A stretch of 64,000 nt of DNA from Leucoraja ocellata (lineage: Eukaryota), in assembly GCA_036785375.1 (NCBI GenBank), contig JAWMAR010000240.1, positions 1,302,001 through 1,366,000 of the forward strand, in the 5' to 3' direction. A program made the translations under genes and the position numbers. The notes under the pieces were generated by a model that was given only the letters and a program-made list of their open reading frames with translations, had not been told where the DNA came from and searched no databases. Positions 50,115 through 63,522 of the stretch are shown here, one piece after another (the stretch's first letter is position 1; the number at the start of each line of letters is the position of its first letter).

Positions 50115-51395
50115 TTAACCTAAAATTAAAACAGAAAATGGTGGGAAATGGTGAGGATCAAGTGGGAGGGAAGAACTGAAGGGAATCCACATTAGTTTGG
50201 AAATGGTGTTAAGTTAAACTGTTGGGACTGAAGGCAGATAAATCCCCAGGGCCTGATATTCTGCATCCAAGAGTACTCAAGGATGTAGCCCTAGAAGTCC
50301 TGGATACATTGGTGATCATTTTCCAATGTTCGATAAACTCTGGATCAGTTCCTGTGGACTGGAGGGTAGCCAATGTAACTCCACTTTTTAAGAAAGGAGG
50401 AAGAGAGAAAACGGGGAATTATAGACCAACCTTACGGAACCCCACTCATGCCTGTTATTCTGAAAAGGACTTGTTAATTCCTACAATTTGCTTCCTGTCA
50501 GACAACCAGTTCTCTATCCATGTCAATACCCTTCCTCAATATCATGTGCTCTAATTTTGCACACTAATCTCTTGTGTAGGACCTTGTCAAAGGCTTTTTA
50601 CTGAAAGTAAGTATGCAGGTACAGCAGGCAGTGGAGAAAGCCAACGGCATGATGGCCTTCATTGCGAGATTGAAGATCTCGCATTGAAGGCCATTTGAGT
50701 TTAGGAGCAAGGAGGTCCTATTGCTGTTGAGGAAGGACATTGCATAATTGAGGAAGGACATTATTGCTAGTGAGGAAGTGCACCGTAGGTTCACCCGGTT
50801 AACTCTCCGGATGGCGGGACTGACATATGATGAAAGAATGGGTCGACTGGGCTTGTATTCACTGGAATTTAGGACAATTTACAATAGGTGCAGGAATAGA
50901 CCATTTGGCGCTTCGAGCCAGCACCACCATTCACTGTGATCATGGCTTATCATCCACAATCAGTACCCCGTTCTTACCTTCTCCCCATATCCCTTGACTC
51001 CGTTAAGGATGAGAGAAGATCTCATAAAAACATAACATTCTTGAAGGATTGGACAGGCTAGATGCCGGAAAATGTTCCAGATTTTGGGGGAATCCAGAAG
51101 CAGGGGTCACAGGTTAAGGGGTAGGCCATTTAGGACAGAGATGAGGAAATCCTTTTTCACCCAGAGAGTTGTGAGTCTGTGGAATTCTCTGCCACAGAAG
51201 GTGGTGGAGGTTAATTCGCTGGATGTTTTCAAGAGAGAGTTAGATTTAGCTCAGAGCTAAAGGAATCAAGGGATATCGGGAAATAACACGAATGGGGTAG
51301 TGATTTTAGATGATCAGCACGATCATATTTAATGGCGGTGCTGGATCAAAGGGCCGAATGGCCTATTCCTGCGCCTATTTTACCATGTTTCTATG
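50115..51395. mobile_element. Cluster of nested and inverted CR1 fragments
   Basis: Plus LKADKSPGPDILHPRVLKD...DWRVANVTPLFKKG...GNYRP; minus piece ~50430-50600; plus 3' part 50600-51395 containing a minus 3' end at ~50880-51003. Confidence 0.88.
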
Positions 51396-52214
51396 TTTTT
51401 AATGCTTCATGTTAGAGACCTTTCATCAGAACTCAAAAATGTCAATACTGTTGTCAATTTCCACTCAAGTTTCACCTTTACGGGGACAATCTGACTTCCA
51501 TTTTCTTTTAGGATCTCTCTATCTCTACCTTAGGGGATAGGCTGTCCATGCGTACAAACTTCCACAGCTACATACCTTGACCATGTTTCTTTCCACCCTA
51601 CCTCCATTCGAATGAAATCCCATTCTGACAAAAGGACATCTGACCTGAAACATTAAAATCTGTTTCTCCTCCCACAGGTGCTGCCTGAACTCAACCAACA
51701 AAGCAATGACATTTCTTGCCTTTATTGTAATACCACTGCCAACATCGCCCAATCACCCTTCCATGTACCACTGTATCTTTCAGTAGACAAAAATGCTGGA
51801 GAAACTCAGCGGGTGAGGCAGCTTCTATGGAGCGAAGGAAATAGGCAACGTTTCGAGCCGAAACCCTTCGCTTTATAGATGCTGCCTCACCCGCTGAGTT
51901 TCACCAGCATTTTTGACTACCTTCGATTTTCCAGCATTTGCAGTTCCTTCTTAACCACTGTATCTTTCAGTCCCTTGTGTAATAATTCACATGGTATGCA
52001 GTAATCTTCTCCATTCATACTGATGGCATCCAGCTCTTACTTTCTCATCTCAATATTATCTCATAAAGTGGTGTAGGCTGCATGTCCAAACTGGGTGGTT
52101 TTAGTGCTCCGAGTAAAGATGGTATCTCATCCTTGATCTACAGTTTACAGCTCCAAAATCGAACACTTGGTCAAGGAAGTCCATGCCAACATTCAACCTC
52201 CTCCTACCACACTA

Positions 52215-53072
52215 CAGGAAGTGGCAGCACTGTTAACAGCTGCGGCTCGCCTGCAGTCCGTCTGTCTTTACTTTTTTCTGTTGTTTTTTTTGTCTTGTTT
52301 TGGTTAAGTTTTAGTTTGTTGGGTTGTGTTTGGGGGGGTGAAACATGTTCTCTGTCTCTTCCTCCAGGGGAATGCGACTTTTTTGTGTCGTATCCCCCTT
52401 CTCTGCCTCCATCTGCGCTGAGGCCTAATTGCGGAGCTGGCGGCCTCCAACCTGCGACTGACCCCGAGGCTCTGGAGGCAGAGCCAGCCAGGGGCTGAGG
52501 CAGCGGTGGCCCGACTTGCTGGTGCGGCGTTCTGGCTTTCGGCGGCGGCCTGGAGCTGATGCAGCGGGGCTCGGAGCCGAGACTGCGGGACCCGGAGCTG
52601 GGGCGGCTGCCCGGAGCTGGGGCAGTGGCCCCGAGCGTAGACTGCGCGACCCGGAGCTGGGGCAGCAGCCCAGAGCGACGACCGCGGGACCCGGAGCTGG
52701 GGCGGCGGCCTGGAGCTGGAGCTGCCCAGAGCTGATGCTATGGCGGGCCGTCTCGGAGCGGAGACGGCGTTCCGGCTTTCGGCGGCGGCGACATCACCAC
52801 GGAGGTCCGCTGGACTGGAGGGCGGCATCTCCGGCCTGGATCAATCGCCTCAGCGCAGAGGGAGAACAAGGAGGGAAGAGACGGAGACTAAGACTTTGCC
52901 TCCATCACAGTGAGGATGTGCTTGGTGAACTCACTGTGGTGGATGTTTAATTTGTGTTTATTGTATCTTTTGTTTTTATTGGTTCTGTGTATGACTGCAG
53001 GCAACATAATTTCGTTCAGACCGAAAGGTCTGAATGACAATAAAGGAATCTAATCTAATCTAATCTAATCTA
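52215..53072 (+). mobile_element. GC-rich non-autonomous retroposon with (AATCT)n tail
   Basis: Internal repeats gactgcgggacccggagctggggc; ends aataaagg(aatct)5; possible TSD CTACA. Confidence 0.7.
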
Positions 53073-53693
53073 CATCTCATTGTTTCAAGATATCCTTCTG
53101 TTCCTTTTTCTTCTGCCACAGAAGGCGGTGGCCTCAGCGCAGACGGAGGCGGTTCCTCTCCTTAAACTAATCTCTTCAACAACAACTTACATGATATCTT
53201 GCATATAGTTCAGCAAATAAATATCTCTTGAACTCCTCAATGCAGTAGTTAAAGTATGCTCTCTCTGCAAATATTTTTGGAACGCATGTTATTTATGCTT
53301 TGTTGGTTTTATGAGTTTCGGTGTGGCTCGATTTTCAATTATTAGAATTATTATTGAGGTGGCACAGTGGCGTGTGGGTAGTATTGCTGTCTTACAACAC
53401 CAGAGACCCGGGTTCGATACTATGTTTGTAGTTTATACTATGTTTGTATGTTTTCCCTGTGACATGGGTTTTCTCTGGGAGCTCTGGTTTCATGATGTGG
53501 AAGGAAAGTTGCAATCAGCATTGCACCAACCAGCAGGCCAGTAAATTCTAATCCAAATACCACGATGTCCATTGTGATTCTCTGACATGGATGTGGAAAT
53601 TCCCCTCTTTAGTTCAGGTAATGTAGCAAAACAATTGGTGAATACATAGATGGAGCCAATATTCTGTTTGGAGAACATTGGCAGGTGTCTTTA

Positions 53694-54000
53694 CTTTAGT
53701 TTAGTTTATAGATACTGTGTGGAAACAGGCCCCTTGGCCCACCGAGTCCACGTCGACCAGCGATCCCCGCACATTAACACGATCCTACCCAGACTAGGGA
53801 TTAATACCAAGCCCATTAACCTCCAAACATGTACGTCTTTGGCATATGGGAGGAAACTGAAGATCTTGAAGAACACCCACGCGGTCATGGGGAGAATGTA
53901 CAAACTCCATGCAGACAAGCACCCGTCGTCGGGATTGAACCCGGGTCTCTGGCGCTGTAAGTGCTGTATGGCAGCAACTCTACCGCTGCACCACCGTGTC
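53694..54000 (-). mobile_element. HE1-type SINE
   Basis: tttagtttagttt tail...gggattgaacccggg...ctaccgctgcaccaccgtg. Confidence 0.88.
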
Positions 54001-54759
54001 GCCTGTCTCTGAACTATTTCTTCTTCTTAGCAGAAAGGAATTAAATTCCCAATATGAAATATGATCGCTCTGGCAATGAAGGGGCAAGCCGCAGAATGAC
54101 AGATGATAATGCATGTGGTGGTAGCAGAGAAAATTCATAACAAAACCTGAAGCAGCTTATTGTTTAAAATGTACTGTCCCCTCCAAGGTAGCGCTGAACC
54201 TCTGTGGGTGGGAATTGTAAAGGTGAAGCAAGCGTAAGTATGGTGGAAACTGAGAGAACAGGGGTGCAGGTTATTATATCCTCATTTACACCCGAGGGTC
54301 CATAAATGTCATCCGTCAACAGGGAGGATGAAAAATCCTCTGGCTGGAATCAGCAACAACTGAGCACAAGGAGATGAATTGAACTAGATCCTGCCAGTCA
54401 CCCATTCTAATCACTCATTCACCAGATACAGGGAATCGATGAAGCTGACCCTTTGTATTCAGGGGGCACCTGGTGAGCTGTGGCCAGGAGGTGTGTAGGA
54501 AGGAATTGCAGATGCTGGGTTACACTGAAGATAGGCAGAAAATGCTGGAGTAACTCAGTGGGACAGGCAGCATCCCCGGAGAGAAAGATCAGATGTGCTG
54601 CCTGTCCCGCTGAGTTACTCCAGCACTTTGTGCCTATCTGTGGTCAGGTGGCTTCAGATGGGAGACTCTTGTGGCCCTCCCTCCAAATGCCATTTTATTG
54701 GAGGCAAAGGATGGTGCAGAACTTCATCTATTGTCTAAGTTCACAAGCTTTTTTAAAGT

Positions 54760-55290
54760 TTTTAGATTTGAGGAAGGGCATTCTTGCTATTGCGGGAGCG
54801 CAGCGTAGGTTCACGAGGTTAATTCCCGGGATGCCAGGACTGTAATATAATGAAAGGATGGAGCGACTGGGCATGTATTCATTGGAATTTAGAAGGATGA
54901 GAGGGCATCTTATAGGAACATGTAAAATTATTAAGTGATTTGACTCGCTGGATGCAGGAAACATGTTCCCGATGTTGGGAGAGTCCAGAAACAGGGGCCA
55001 CAGTTTAAGAATAAGTGGCAGGCCATTTAGAACTGAGATGAGGAAAAACCTTTTCACATGGAGAGTTGTGAATTTGTGGAATTCTCTGCCTCAGTAGGCT
55101 GATTCACTGGATGCATTCAAAAGAGAGTTAGATAGAGCTCTTGGGGCTAGCGGAATCAAGGGATATGGGGAGAAGGCAGTAACGGGATACTGGTTGTGAA
55201 TGATTGGCCTTGATCTCATTGAATGGTGGTGCTGGCTCAAAGGGCCGAATGGCCTACTCCTGCACCTATTGTCTATGTATCTATGTATCT
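54760..55290 (+). mobile_element. CR1 LINE 3' fragment
   Basis: LRKGILAIAGAQRRFTRLIPGM...; tail ctatgtatctatgtatct. Confidence 0.9.
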
Positions 55291-55522
55291 GACTGAAATT
55301 CCAAGTTAAAATTGCGACAGAAAAAAATTACTAAAATAAATTTAAAAACGCAAGTTAAAAATACATTAAACACAAAGGGAAATGTTTCACGAAATCTGGC
55401 TGTTCTGCAAATATGCAAAAAGAAACTGCACTCAATTGAGTAGGATCTCTGATCTTACTCAATGATATTATCTCAATGATATTGGAAGGGATAGTCTCAA
55501 TGATATTGGAATGGATAGGCAG

Positions 55523-55800
55523 GTTTAGTTTAGTTTACTTTAGAGATACAACGTGGAAACAGGCCCTTCGGCCCACTGAGTCCACGCCGACCAGTAATCC
55601 CCGCACATTAACGCTATCCTACACATACTAGGGACAGTTTACAATCTTTACTGAAACCAATTAACCTACAAACCCGCACGTCTTTGGAGTTTGGGAAGAA
55701 ACCGGAGCACCCAGAGAAAATCCATGCAGGTCACGGGAAGAACGTCCAAACTCTACACAGGCAGCATTGGTGGTCAGGATCGAACCCGGGTCTCTGGCGC
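55523..55800 (-). mobile_element. HE1-type SINE
   Basis: gtttagtttagttt...caggatcgaacccgggtctctggcgct. Confidence 0.88.
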
Positions 55801-55819
55801 TCTGGTGGTCTGTCAACTG

Positions 55820-57360
55820 TTTTAGGTTTTGGCTTATTTTTGTCTCGGTACCAATGAAATGTGAAAAGTTTTATTTTGTATGCCATCCAAACGGATCACA
55901 TATACCACACACAATCAGATATTCCACACGTACATACAATCAGTTCAGACTCAAATAAAATAGATAGAGCAAAGGGGAAGTTAAAGTGCAGAAGTGCAGC
56001 TCTCAGCATTATAACGCAATGTAGCGCATTAGTTCCTCAGGCAAAGTCCAATGTCCTCAATGGGGTAATGGTGGATCGAACAGTACCTTAGTTTATGGAA
56101 GAACCGTTCAGAAGCCTGATAATGGAGGGGAAGAAGCTGTTCCTGAGTCTGGTGTTGTACGCTTACAAGCTTTTGTACCTTCTGCCAGACAGGAGCAGGG
56201 AGAAGAAAGAATGGTCGGGATGGGATACTTCTTTGATTATGCTCCGTGGCAGTGTGAAGTGTAGGAGTCAAAGGTGGGATGTGTGGTCGGTGTGATGGGC
56301 CGGGCTACATCTAAAACTCTCTGATGTGGATCCCAAACCGAGCTGTGATGCAACCCAACAGTATGGCCTGAAGAAGAATCTCGACCCGAAACTTCACTTT
56401 TTCCTTTTCTCCAGAGATGCTATCTGACCAGCTTTTTGTGTCTATCCAGTTTAAACCAGCATCTGCAGTTTCTTCCTATACAGTACGCTTTCCATGGTTC
56501 CAGAGTCACTGGAGGTGTGCTGAATTTCCTCAGTCTCCTCTTCTTGGTTGTCGCATCAATGCGGTTGGTCCACAACAGATCATTGGTAATATTAACATCG
56601 AGAAACGTGAAGCTCTCAACCATTTCCACATCAGCACCATTAATGCTGATTGGGGCAATGTACTCCATCCACCATGCTCCCTGAATTCGATAACTTGGTC
56701 CTTCATCTTGCTGACATTGAGGGAAAGGTTATTGTCCTGACACCAAGTTACCAAGTTCTCTATCTCCTCTCTATAATCCATCTCATCCTTGTTTATGATG
56801 TGGCCCATCACACTGGTGTCATCTGCAAACTCGGATGGAATTAGAGTCCAAATTTGGCCATAGAGTCCTGAGTGTACAGGGATTGACACAAAATGCTGGA
56901 GTAACTCACTGGGTCAGACAGCATCTCTGGGAAAAAGGAATAGGTGACGTTTCGGGTCAAGACCCTTCTCAAGTTTGGGAGGGGACGGGAAGCACATCTT
57001 GCGGGCACCGGAGTAGAGACTTATTGTGGAGAAAGTGGTGTGACCTATCTGCACTGATTGAGGTCTGTAGGTCAGAAAGTCGAGGATCCAGTGGCAGAGG
57101 GGATCATGAAGTTTGGAGAAGAATTTGGATGGGATTATTGCTATTGAGGGCAGAGGTATATTTGATAAGTAGGAGTGTAACGTAGGAGTCCTTGTTGCCG
57201 AGGTGTTCCAGAGATTAATTAGGGCCACGGAATTGACGTCTGCTGTTGACGTGTTGCAATGGTGGGCAAACTGCAGTGGATCAAGGCTGGCTGGAGTTAA
57301 TGTGTGCCATCAGCAATCTCTCTTGAAGCACTTTGTGATGGTGGATGTCAGAGCCACTGG
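55820..57360 (-). mobile_element. Rex1/Babar LINE RT-3' fragment with nested Penelope repeats
   Basis: LCHWILDFLTYRPQSVQIG; FADDTSVMGHI...YREEIENLVTWCQDNNLSLNVSK; INGADVEMVESFTFL. Confidence 0.88.
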
Positions 57361-60300
57361 TCAGAGCTACTGGGCGGAAACCCACTGCTGGACTCGACTA
57401 TGATGGACTCATCAGTCATGGAACAAAGTGGTGGATATCCTGACATCTGAGACTCAACAAGCCCCAGTCTATAGGCAGCTCTGTACAATTAAGCCCCAGT
57501 TTGCACTATCTCAGTTACCATTGAAGCCAGCACATTGAGACCATTCTATTCCCCAGAAGAGTTGACTGGTCATTCAGTTAAGTTATTGAAATAGCTGGAC
57601 TAGAAGTCCACTCTTTTCAATCAAGCACTGATGCAGCAAAGCTCAGGCCAAGGATTGGGAAGTTCATATTTCCTCAGCAACAGCTCCCATGTCAGATATC
57701 TGGCAGTGGTGAGGCGAAAAAACCCCATCAATTATGCCGTGCAGAACGTAAATACTGCCCATAAATGAGAGAACACGAAGAAAAAAGAGAGATGATCTCT
57801 CGTTTGTGCTTTTTATGGATCAGAGCTGCTGAGGCTCAAGAACAAAGCTTTTCTGGGAGCTTTAGCCAATAAATTGTATAATTTGGGGGGTATTTTAAAA
57901 GAGAAAAAAAAATGAGATCCTTCCAAATGTAAACTTTATGCCTCTGACTGAACCGGCAAATGTGAGATGCAAAGCATCCTAACAGTGCCGCTTGGTTCTC
58001 ATGAAATGTTTAAAGGGTATACAGGAAAATGTCCACATATATGTTTTCTCCTTTCCTTCAGTAGCTTTCTTCATAGTAATCCATCTTTATGATGACAATT
58101 ACTGATGGTGTTGGGGAGGGGGTTTTGGATAATTTAGGGCTGGGAATACTAATCAATTTTGCAACACCGTGTGTAAACCGGGTTTATATTAGTCTCCTTG
58201 AAGCCTTTCATCATCACGCTGCAGCTTTAAATAAAAATGGAAGTTTAAAAAAAAATAAGTCCAAGCCAGTGTCCCTTCTTTGCACGGCAGATGGGTTATA
58301 TACAGGCTGGTTCCTTTATTAAAAGATGACATAAATCACTATTGAAAAACTAGGGACCCCTACAAGGTTATCCCCATCCAGCTTTGTTCATGAAAGGTTC
58401 ACATTGAAGCATTAGTGAAATTAATTCATCTTTCATAAGAGCTTTGAGCAGTATCTGTGATGTATGATAACAACCAATTTCTCACTACTGTAAAAAATTA
58501 TTCAGCTCTGATAGACTACACAAATCTGTTCTTTTTAAATAGCCTAACATTATCTCAAGTGCTGGTCCCAAAGGCATCATTTGAGATTCATATACAGCCA
58601 AGAGGTATAATAAATCACCATGAAAAGTTTTGTTAGTTTTATATGCAGTGAATTGTAATTATTTTGGATTGCATTATACCTCAATCAATGTAATTACTTT
58701 TAGATCATCTTTAAGCGGCAGTAATAAAGAGAAAGAAATCAGTCTTAAACCAATTGAGTGGATCATTTGCATATCTGTCAGTTGTACAATGGAATAGGTT
58801 ATTATTAAGATTAAAAGTGATGTTTTCTATATGATATGTTTACCAGATATGAATACTCTGATTTTATTTACATAGCTGAAAACAATATTAAATTATCCGC
58901 ACAATAGAACAGTCTTTGAGTTATATTATCTCAAACGATGCAACAAATTTGGGTCAATGTTTGAAACCAAAGCGGAGAAGCTTTGCAAAAACTTAATTTA
59001 CAGGGAAGAGGAGAGGAGCTAAAATCACTGAGAGATGTCCACACCAGATTTTAAAACCGAGCGCGCAGTTGCAAAGTCGCACATAAAAAGACAGCAAATA
59101 CTGGTTTTATGTAAGCTGCACACATACGCCACCACACATGGGTTTTCTCGAGTTATGTTTTTGTAACTTATATTATGACCCAGAAGTAATCTTGATTATG
59201 CCACATGACATCGGGTCACGACAGTCCTGAGCATCCCCAGTTTCTGAAAGAATACTTCTATGACTCTACTGAAGTGTAGAAACTATCACAACACGGTCAT
59301 ATAATTAAAACAATCCACAAAGCGACAATGGGGAATCTCTCTCTTCACCTCTTGCTCTGCAATTCACTTGCATATATATCCCACAGCAGATATCCTACTT
59401 AGAATCTTTTTGCATAATACCATCTCTCAGAGGAACAAGAACAGCAATAAAACTTTACAACTTTACGAGTTGACCTTGCATGTTTAGTGTGGGGGGAGAC
59501 AATACACGACTTACCTCAGGGAAGTAATGTTGTGGAAACTTTTCCTTTTCCAGCATTGGTGTGCTTTCTAATGTTTCTGAGTAGATTTCTTTACCCGTTA
59601 CTTTTTTGTACTTTTTAGCTTCGAGAAAGAAAGCACACAGAAGATAAATTAAACCTAACAATCAGCAATGTGACTGAACATCTTCAATAGAACATTTGCA
59701 GATTCTTCAAGATGCCTTGACCTGTTGCAGCTACAGGCTTTCATTTGGTAGGAAAATGTTTGAGATTAACCCACTACATGTTTAGTTTGAATCAACTTTA
59801 CCCATCGTTAAATGTGGTATTTAATAAATGTCAGGCTAACACTTTTGATATCATCTTTCTCAGATTTTAAAAAGGAATATTGGCTCCAACACAGCTACAA
59901 CTGGAGAGATAGTTCAAGCTAACATCCTTCTTGCTAATTTTCAAACATTCTGACTCCTCTGTCCTGATCTTGGCCAAATTTAATGGATAATTTCATTACC
60001 TGTGCAGATGAACGTTCTGCCAAATTACAGCGGTAAAGAGGGAACTCCAAAATAATTTTCGAGAGAGAGATTACGTTGATTTTAAACCATTTTCCATTGT
60101 CTGCAGTCTGGGCACGTTTTATGGAAGTGCAGTTACCTTGGCATCATTGCAATTACTGTCTAAAAATATCCACCAACAATAGTCTAGCAGGGCCTATAAA
60201 AGCCTATCCACACAACTTAGAAACTGTGTTGGAAGGAACTGCAGATGCTGGTTTACACTAAAGATAGATACAAGATACTGGAGTAACTCAGCGGAAAGGC

Positions 60301-60974
60301 CGCATCTCTGGAGAGAAGGAATGGGTGATATTTTGGGTTGAGACAACTTCTTCAGACTGAGAGTCAGGGGAGAGGGAAACGAGAACATCACCAATGTCTT
60401 CTCTCCAGAGATGTTGCCTGTCCCGCTGAGTTACTCCAGCATTTTGTATCTATCTTCGGTACACATCTTAGAAACCTCCTGGGTGCAGGGTGTTGACAGC
60501 ACTGATTTTTGTGGGTGGCTGTCTACTATCTGGTATTCATGGAGAGACAAAAATACAAATTAGGGGGCTATCAGCAGCTGAAACCAGCTCCGCTACGGAT
60601 TCTAAACTCAATTCTTAATTTCCGCCGACCTCCCAATAACTAACCTTACACCCATTTGTTCAGCCATAATTTGTCAACCTCTGTCTTAAAAATATTCAAA
60701 GATGCGACTTCCACCGCCTTTTGAGGAACTGAGTCCCACGGACTTATGACTCCCTGAGAGAAAAATATTGCTTTATTTCATCCTTAAATGACCCACAGTT
60801 TGGGATTTTCCAAAAAGGTAATATTCAATTTGCCAAGACCATTCCACACATCACTTCTCACACTTGTAAAGTCCAGCGGAGACATGTATAGACACACACG
60901 GAGAGAGCCTGGAACACAGTAAGTCTCAATCCACAATCCTTGCAACTTAACAAACATTGCTTGCTCCTGATACC

Positions 60975-61126
60975 TTCTAAAGACGTACAGGTTAGTACGT
61001 TAATTGTCTTGGTATAAGTGCAGATTGTCCTTAGTGTGTGTAGGGTAGTGTTAATGTGCGGGGATCGCTGGACGGCACGGACTCGGTGGGCCGAAGGGCC
61101 TGTTTCCACTCTGTATCTCTAAACTA
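60975..61126 (+). mobile_element. HE1-type SINE 3' half
   Basis: aaagacgtacaggttag...gggccgaagggcctgtttccactctgtatctctaaacta. Confidence 0.85.
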
Positions 61127-61139
61127 CCTTCTGGCCTTT

Positions 61140-61792
61140 AGACAATAGGTGCCATTCGGCCCTTCGAGCCAGCACCGCCATTCACTGTGATCATGGCTTA
61201 TCATCCATATTTTGTACCCCATTCCTGCCTTCTCACCATATCCACTGCCTCCGTATCTTTAAGAGCTCTATCTAACCCTCTCTTGAAAGCATCCAGAGTA
61301 TTGGCCTCCACTGCCTTCTGAGGCAGAGAATGCCACAGATTTACAACTCTCTGGGTGAAAAAGCTTTCCCTCATCTCTGTTCTAAATAGCCTACCCCTTA
61401 TTCTTAAACTGTGGCCCCTGGTTCTGGACTCCCCCAACATCGGGAACATGTTTCCTGCCTCTAGCATGTCCAATCCCATAATAATCTTATATGTTTCAAT
61501 AAGATACCTTGTCATTCTAAATTCCAGAGTATACAAGCCATCTGCTCCATTCTATCAACATATGAAAGTCCCGCCATCCCGGGAATTAACCTCGTGAACC
61601 TATGCTGCACTCCCTCAGTAGCAAGGATGTCCTTCCTCAAATTAGGGGACCAAAACTGCACACAATACCCCAGGTATGGTCTCATTAGGGCCCTATACAA
61701 CTGCAGAAGGACCTCTTTGCTCCTATACTCAACTCCTCTTGTTATTAAGGCCAACATGCCATCAGCTTTCTTCACTGCCTGCTGGACCTGCA
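61140..61792 (-). mobile_element. CR1 LINE 3' fragment
   Basis: QVQQAVKKADGMLALITRGVEYRSKEVLLQLYRALMRP..GYCVQFWSP...TRGH. Confidence 0.92.
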
Positions 61793-62314
61793 CAGTCCTA
61801 CTTTAGTCCTTTTGCTGTTCACCATGAGTTGCCTCCATTTCGCTGGCTGACAAGCTATTGACAATAATACTCTGCATGTGCAGATAAATGAATGAATTTC
61901 ACTGAGGAGTATCAATTGGATTTGGTTATGTGGCCCATCATGTGCTTCATAATTATGGCCATTAAGCAACACAGCAGCATACAATCAAGCCACATGAAGC
62001 ATTACGTACTTACTACAGTCCAATTCTATTTAGCGAGCAATTTTATACTGTAAATTACATTATTTTACACTGCTAAAAGTGCAGAAAAAATATTTGTGAA
62101 ACAATTGATTTCTATATACCGATAAAAATTACAATTCCCATAATATTACATTTAATATCATTAGTGTTATAAGGTTTCTGCTAAAGATTGATTACTGGCC
62201 TTGGGGATGGGATAACTACACCCCTTAGATTTTTACTTCCTCAAAATGCTTTATGATATTTTACTCATGAAGGATAATTTGATGTGATTGGCCAATAAAT
62301 ATATGTTTCTTATA

Positions 62315-62895
62315 TGTGTAGGAAGAAACTGCAGATGCAGACGCAGGCACGGTGATCGTTTCGCTGAACACTTCTGTTCAGCCGGCCCAAACTCACCCGA
62401 TCTGCCGGTTGCTAAACACTTTAACTCTTCCACCCATTCCAACACAGGCCTTTCTGTCCTGGGCCTCCTCCACTGTCAGTGTGAGGCCCAGTGCAAATTG
62501 GAGCAACAGCACCTCATATCTCGCTTGGGCAGCTTACACCCCTGCAGTATGAATATTGACTTCTCTAACTTCAAGTAACCCTCGCTTCCCCTCTCTCTCC
62601 ATCCCTCCCCCATCCCAGCTCGCTACCAGTCAGACTGTTCCAGATTACATTTAATTCTGTTTGCTTTGTTGTCACCTTCTCCAAGCTAACAATGATCTAT
62701 TCTGTATTTAAATCTATTCTACATGTTCCTTTAACTGCATCTCTTTTGATGTCTCAGTTTTCACACTTTACCCTTCCTTATCTTTGTTCTTGCTCTCCCA
62801 TTACTCTCTGTCTGAAGAAGGATATCAACCCGAAACGTCACCCATTCCTTCTATCCAGAGTTGCTGCCGAAGTTACTCTTGCATTTTGTGTCTAC
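62315..62895 (+). mobile_element. Penelope-like element with short inverted 5' terminal piece
   Basis: RRHGDRFAEH...DLPVAKHFNSSTHS...LSVLGLLHCQCEAQCKLEQQHLISRLGSL; starts with the inverted gtaggaagaaactgcagatgc; ends in the hammerhead-like repeat. Confidence 0.85.
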
Positions 62896-62983
62896 TTTTC
62901 CTTTATTCTGATTTATTTTCTCTGGTTCATTATGATTTAGATGGGTCCCATTTTATGACATATTCAGACTGCCATCATTCGAA

Positions 62984-63522
62984 AGGGGCTGTTCAACTTG
63001 GGCGACCTAATTGGCGAGTTTAGATGAGTTTAGGAGAGTTTGAAAAAATGACATGTTGAAGACCTCCTTCAATGATGTAGAAGACCTCCTTCGACTATGT
63101 TGAAGAATAGCTACGACTAGCTACGACTAACTTTGGGAAAATTGGACACCAAATAGTGGAGAGTGAAGATGACCTCCTTCAATCTCCTTCGACCTCCCTT
63201 CGACTATGATGAAGACTATTTACGACTACCTTCGATAACTTCAACTACCCTCGATTACCTACGACTAACATGCCGACTTACTACGACCTACTACGAGTAA
63301 AAAAAGTATCGATTTTTTCCATGGCGACCTTTTTTTACTCGCGGGCATTTTTCAACATTTTGAAAAATACGCCACAACCTAGCTGAGGCCTCGAGTACAC
63401 GGGGACTACTCTCGAGCATAAAGGAGAGTTACAAAGACCTCCTTTGACCTCGTGTCGACCATGCTGCGAGTATGAGTCGAGGGCAAACTCGCGGATTAGG
63501 TCGCCCAAGTGGGACAGCCGCT
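62984..63522. mobile_element. Harbinger-type MITE with internal (ctacgac)-like repeats
   Basis: TIRs aggggctgttcaacttgggcgacctaat / attaggtcgcccaagtgggacagccgct. Confidence 0.82.

Noticed and set aside
52304-52950. 144-174 aa ORFs on both strands
   Set aside because: They derive from GC-rich internal repeats of a non-autonomous retroposon and show no domain signature.
55455-55520. Three copies of ctcaatgatatt
   Set aside because: A short slippage-type tandem duplication with no further structure.
63055-63300. Regular short repeats (gacctccttcgactatg / ctacgac) superficially like a CRISPR array
   Set aside because: Degenerate, without unique spacers, and inside a Harbinger MITE in a vertebrate genome.
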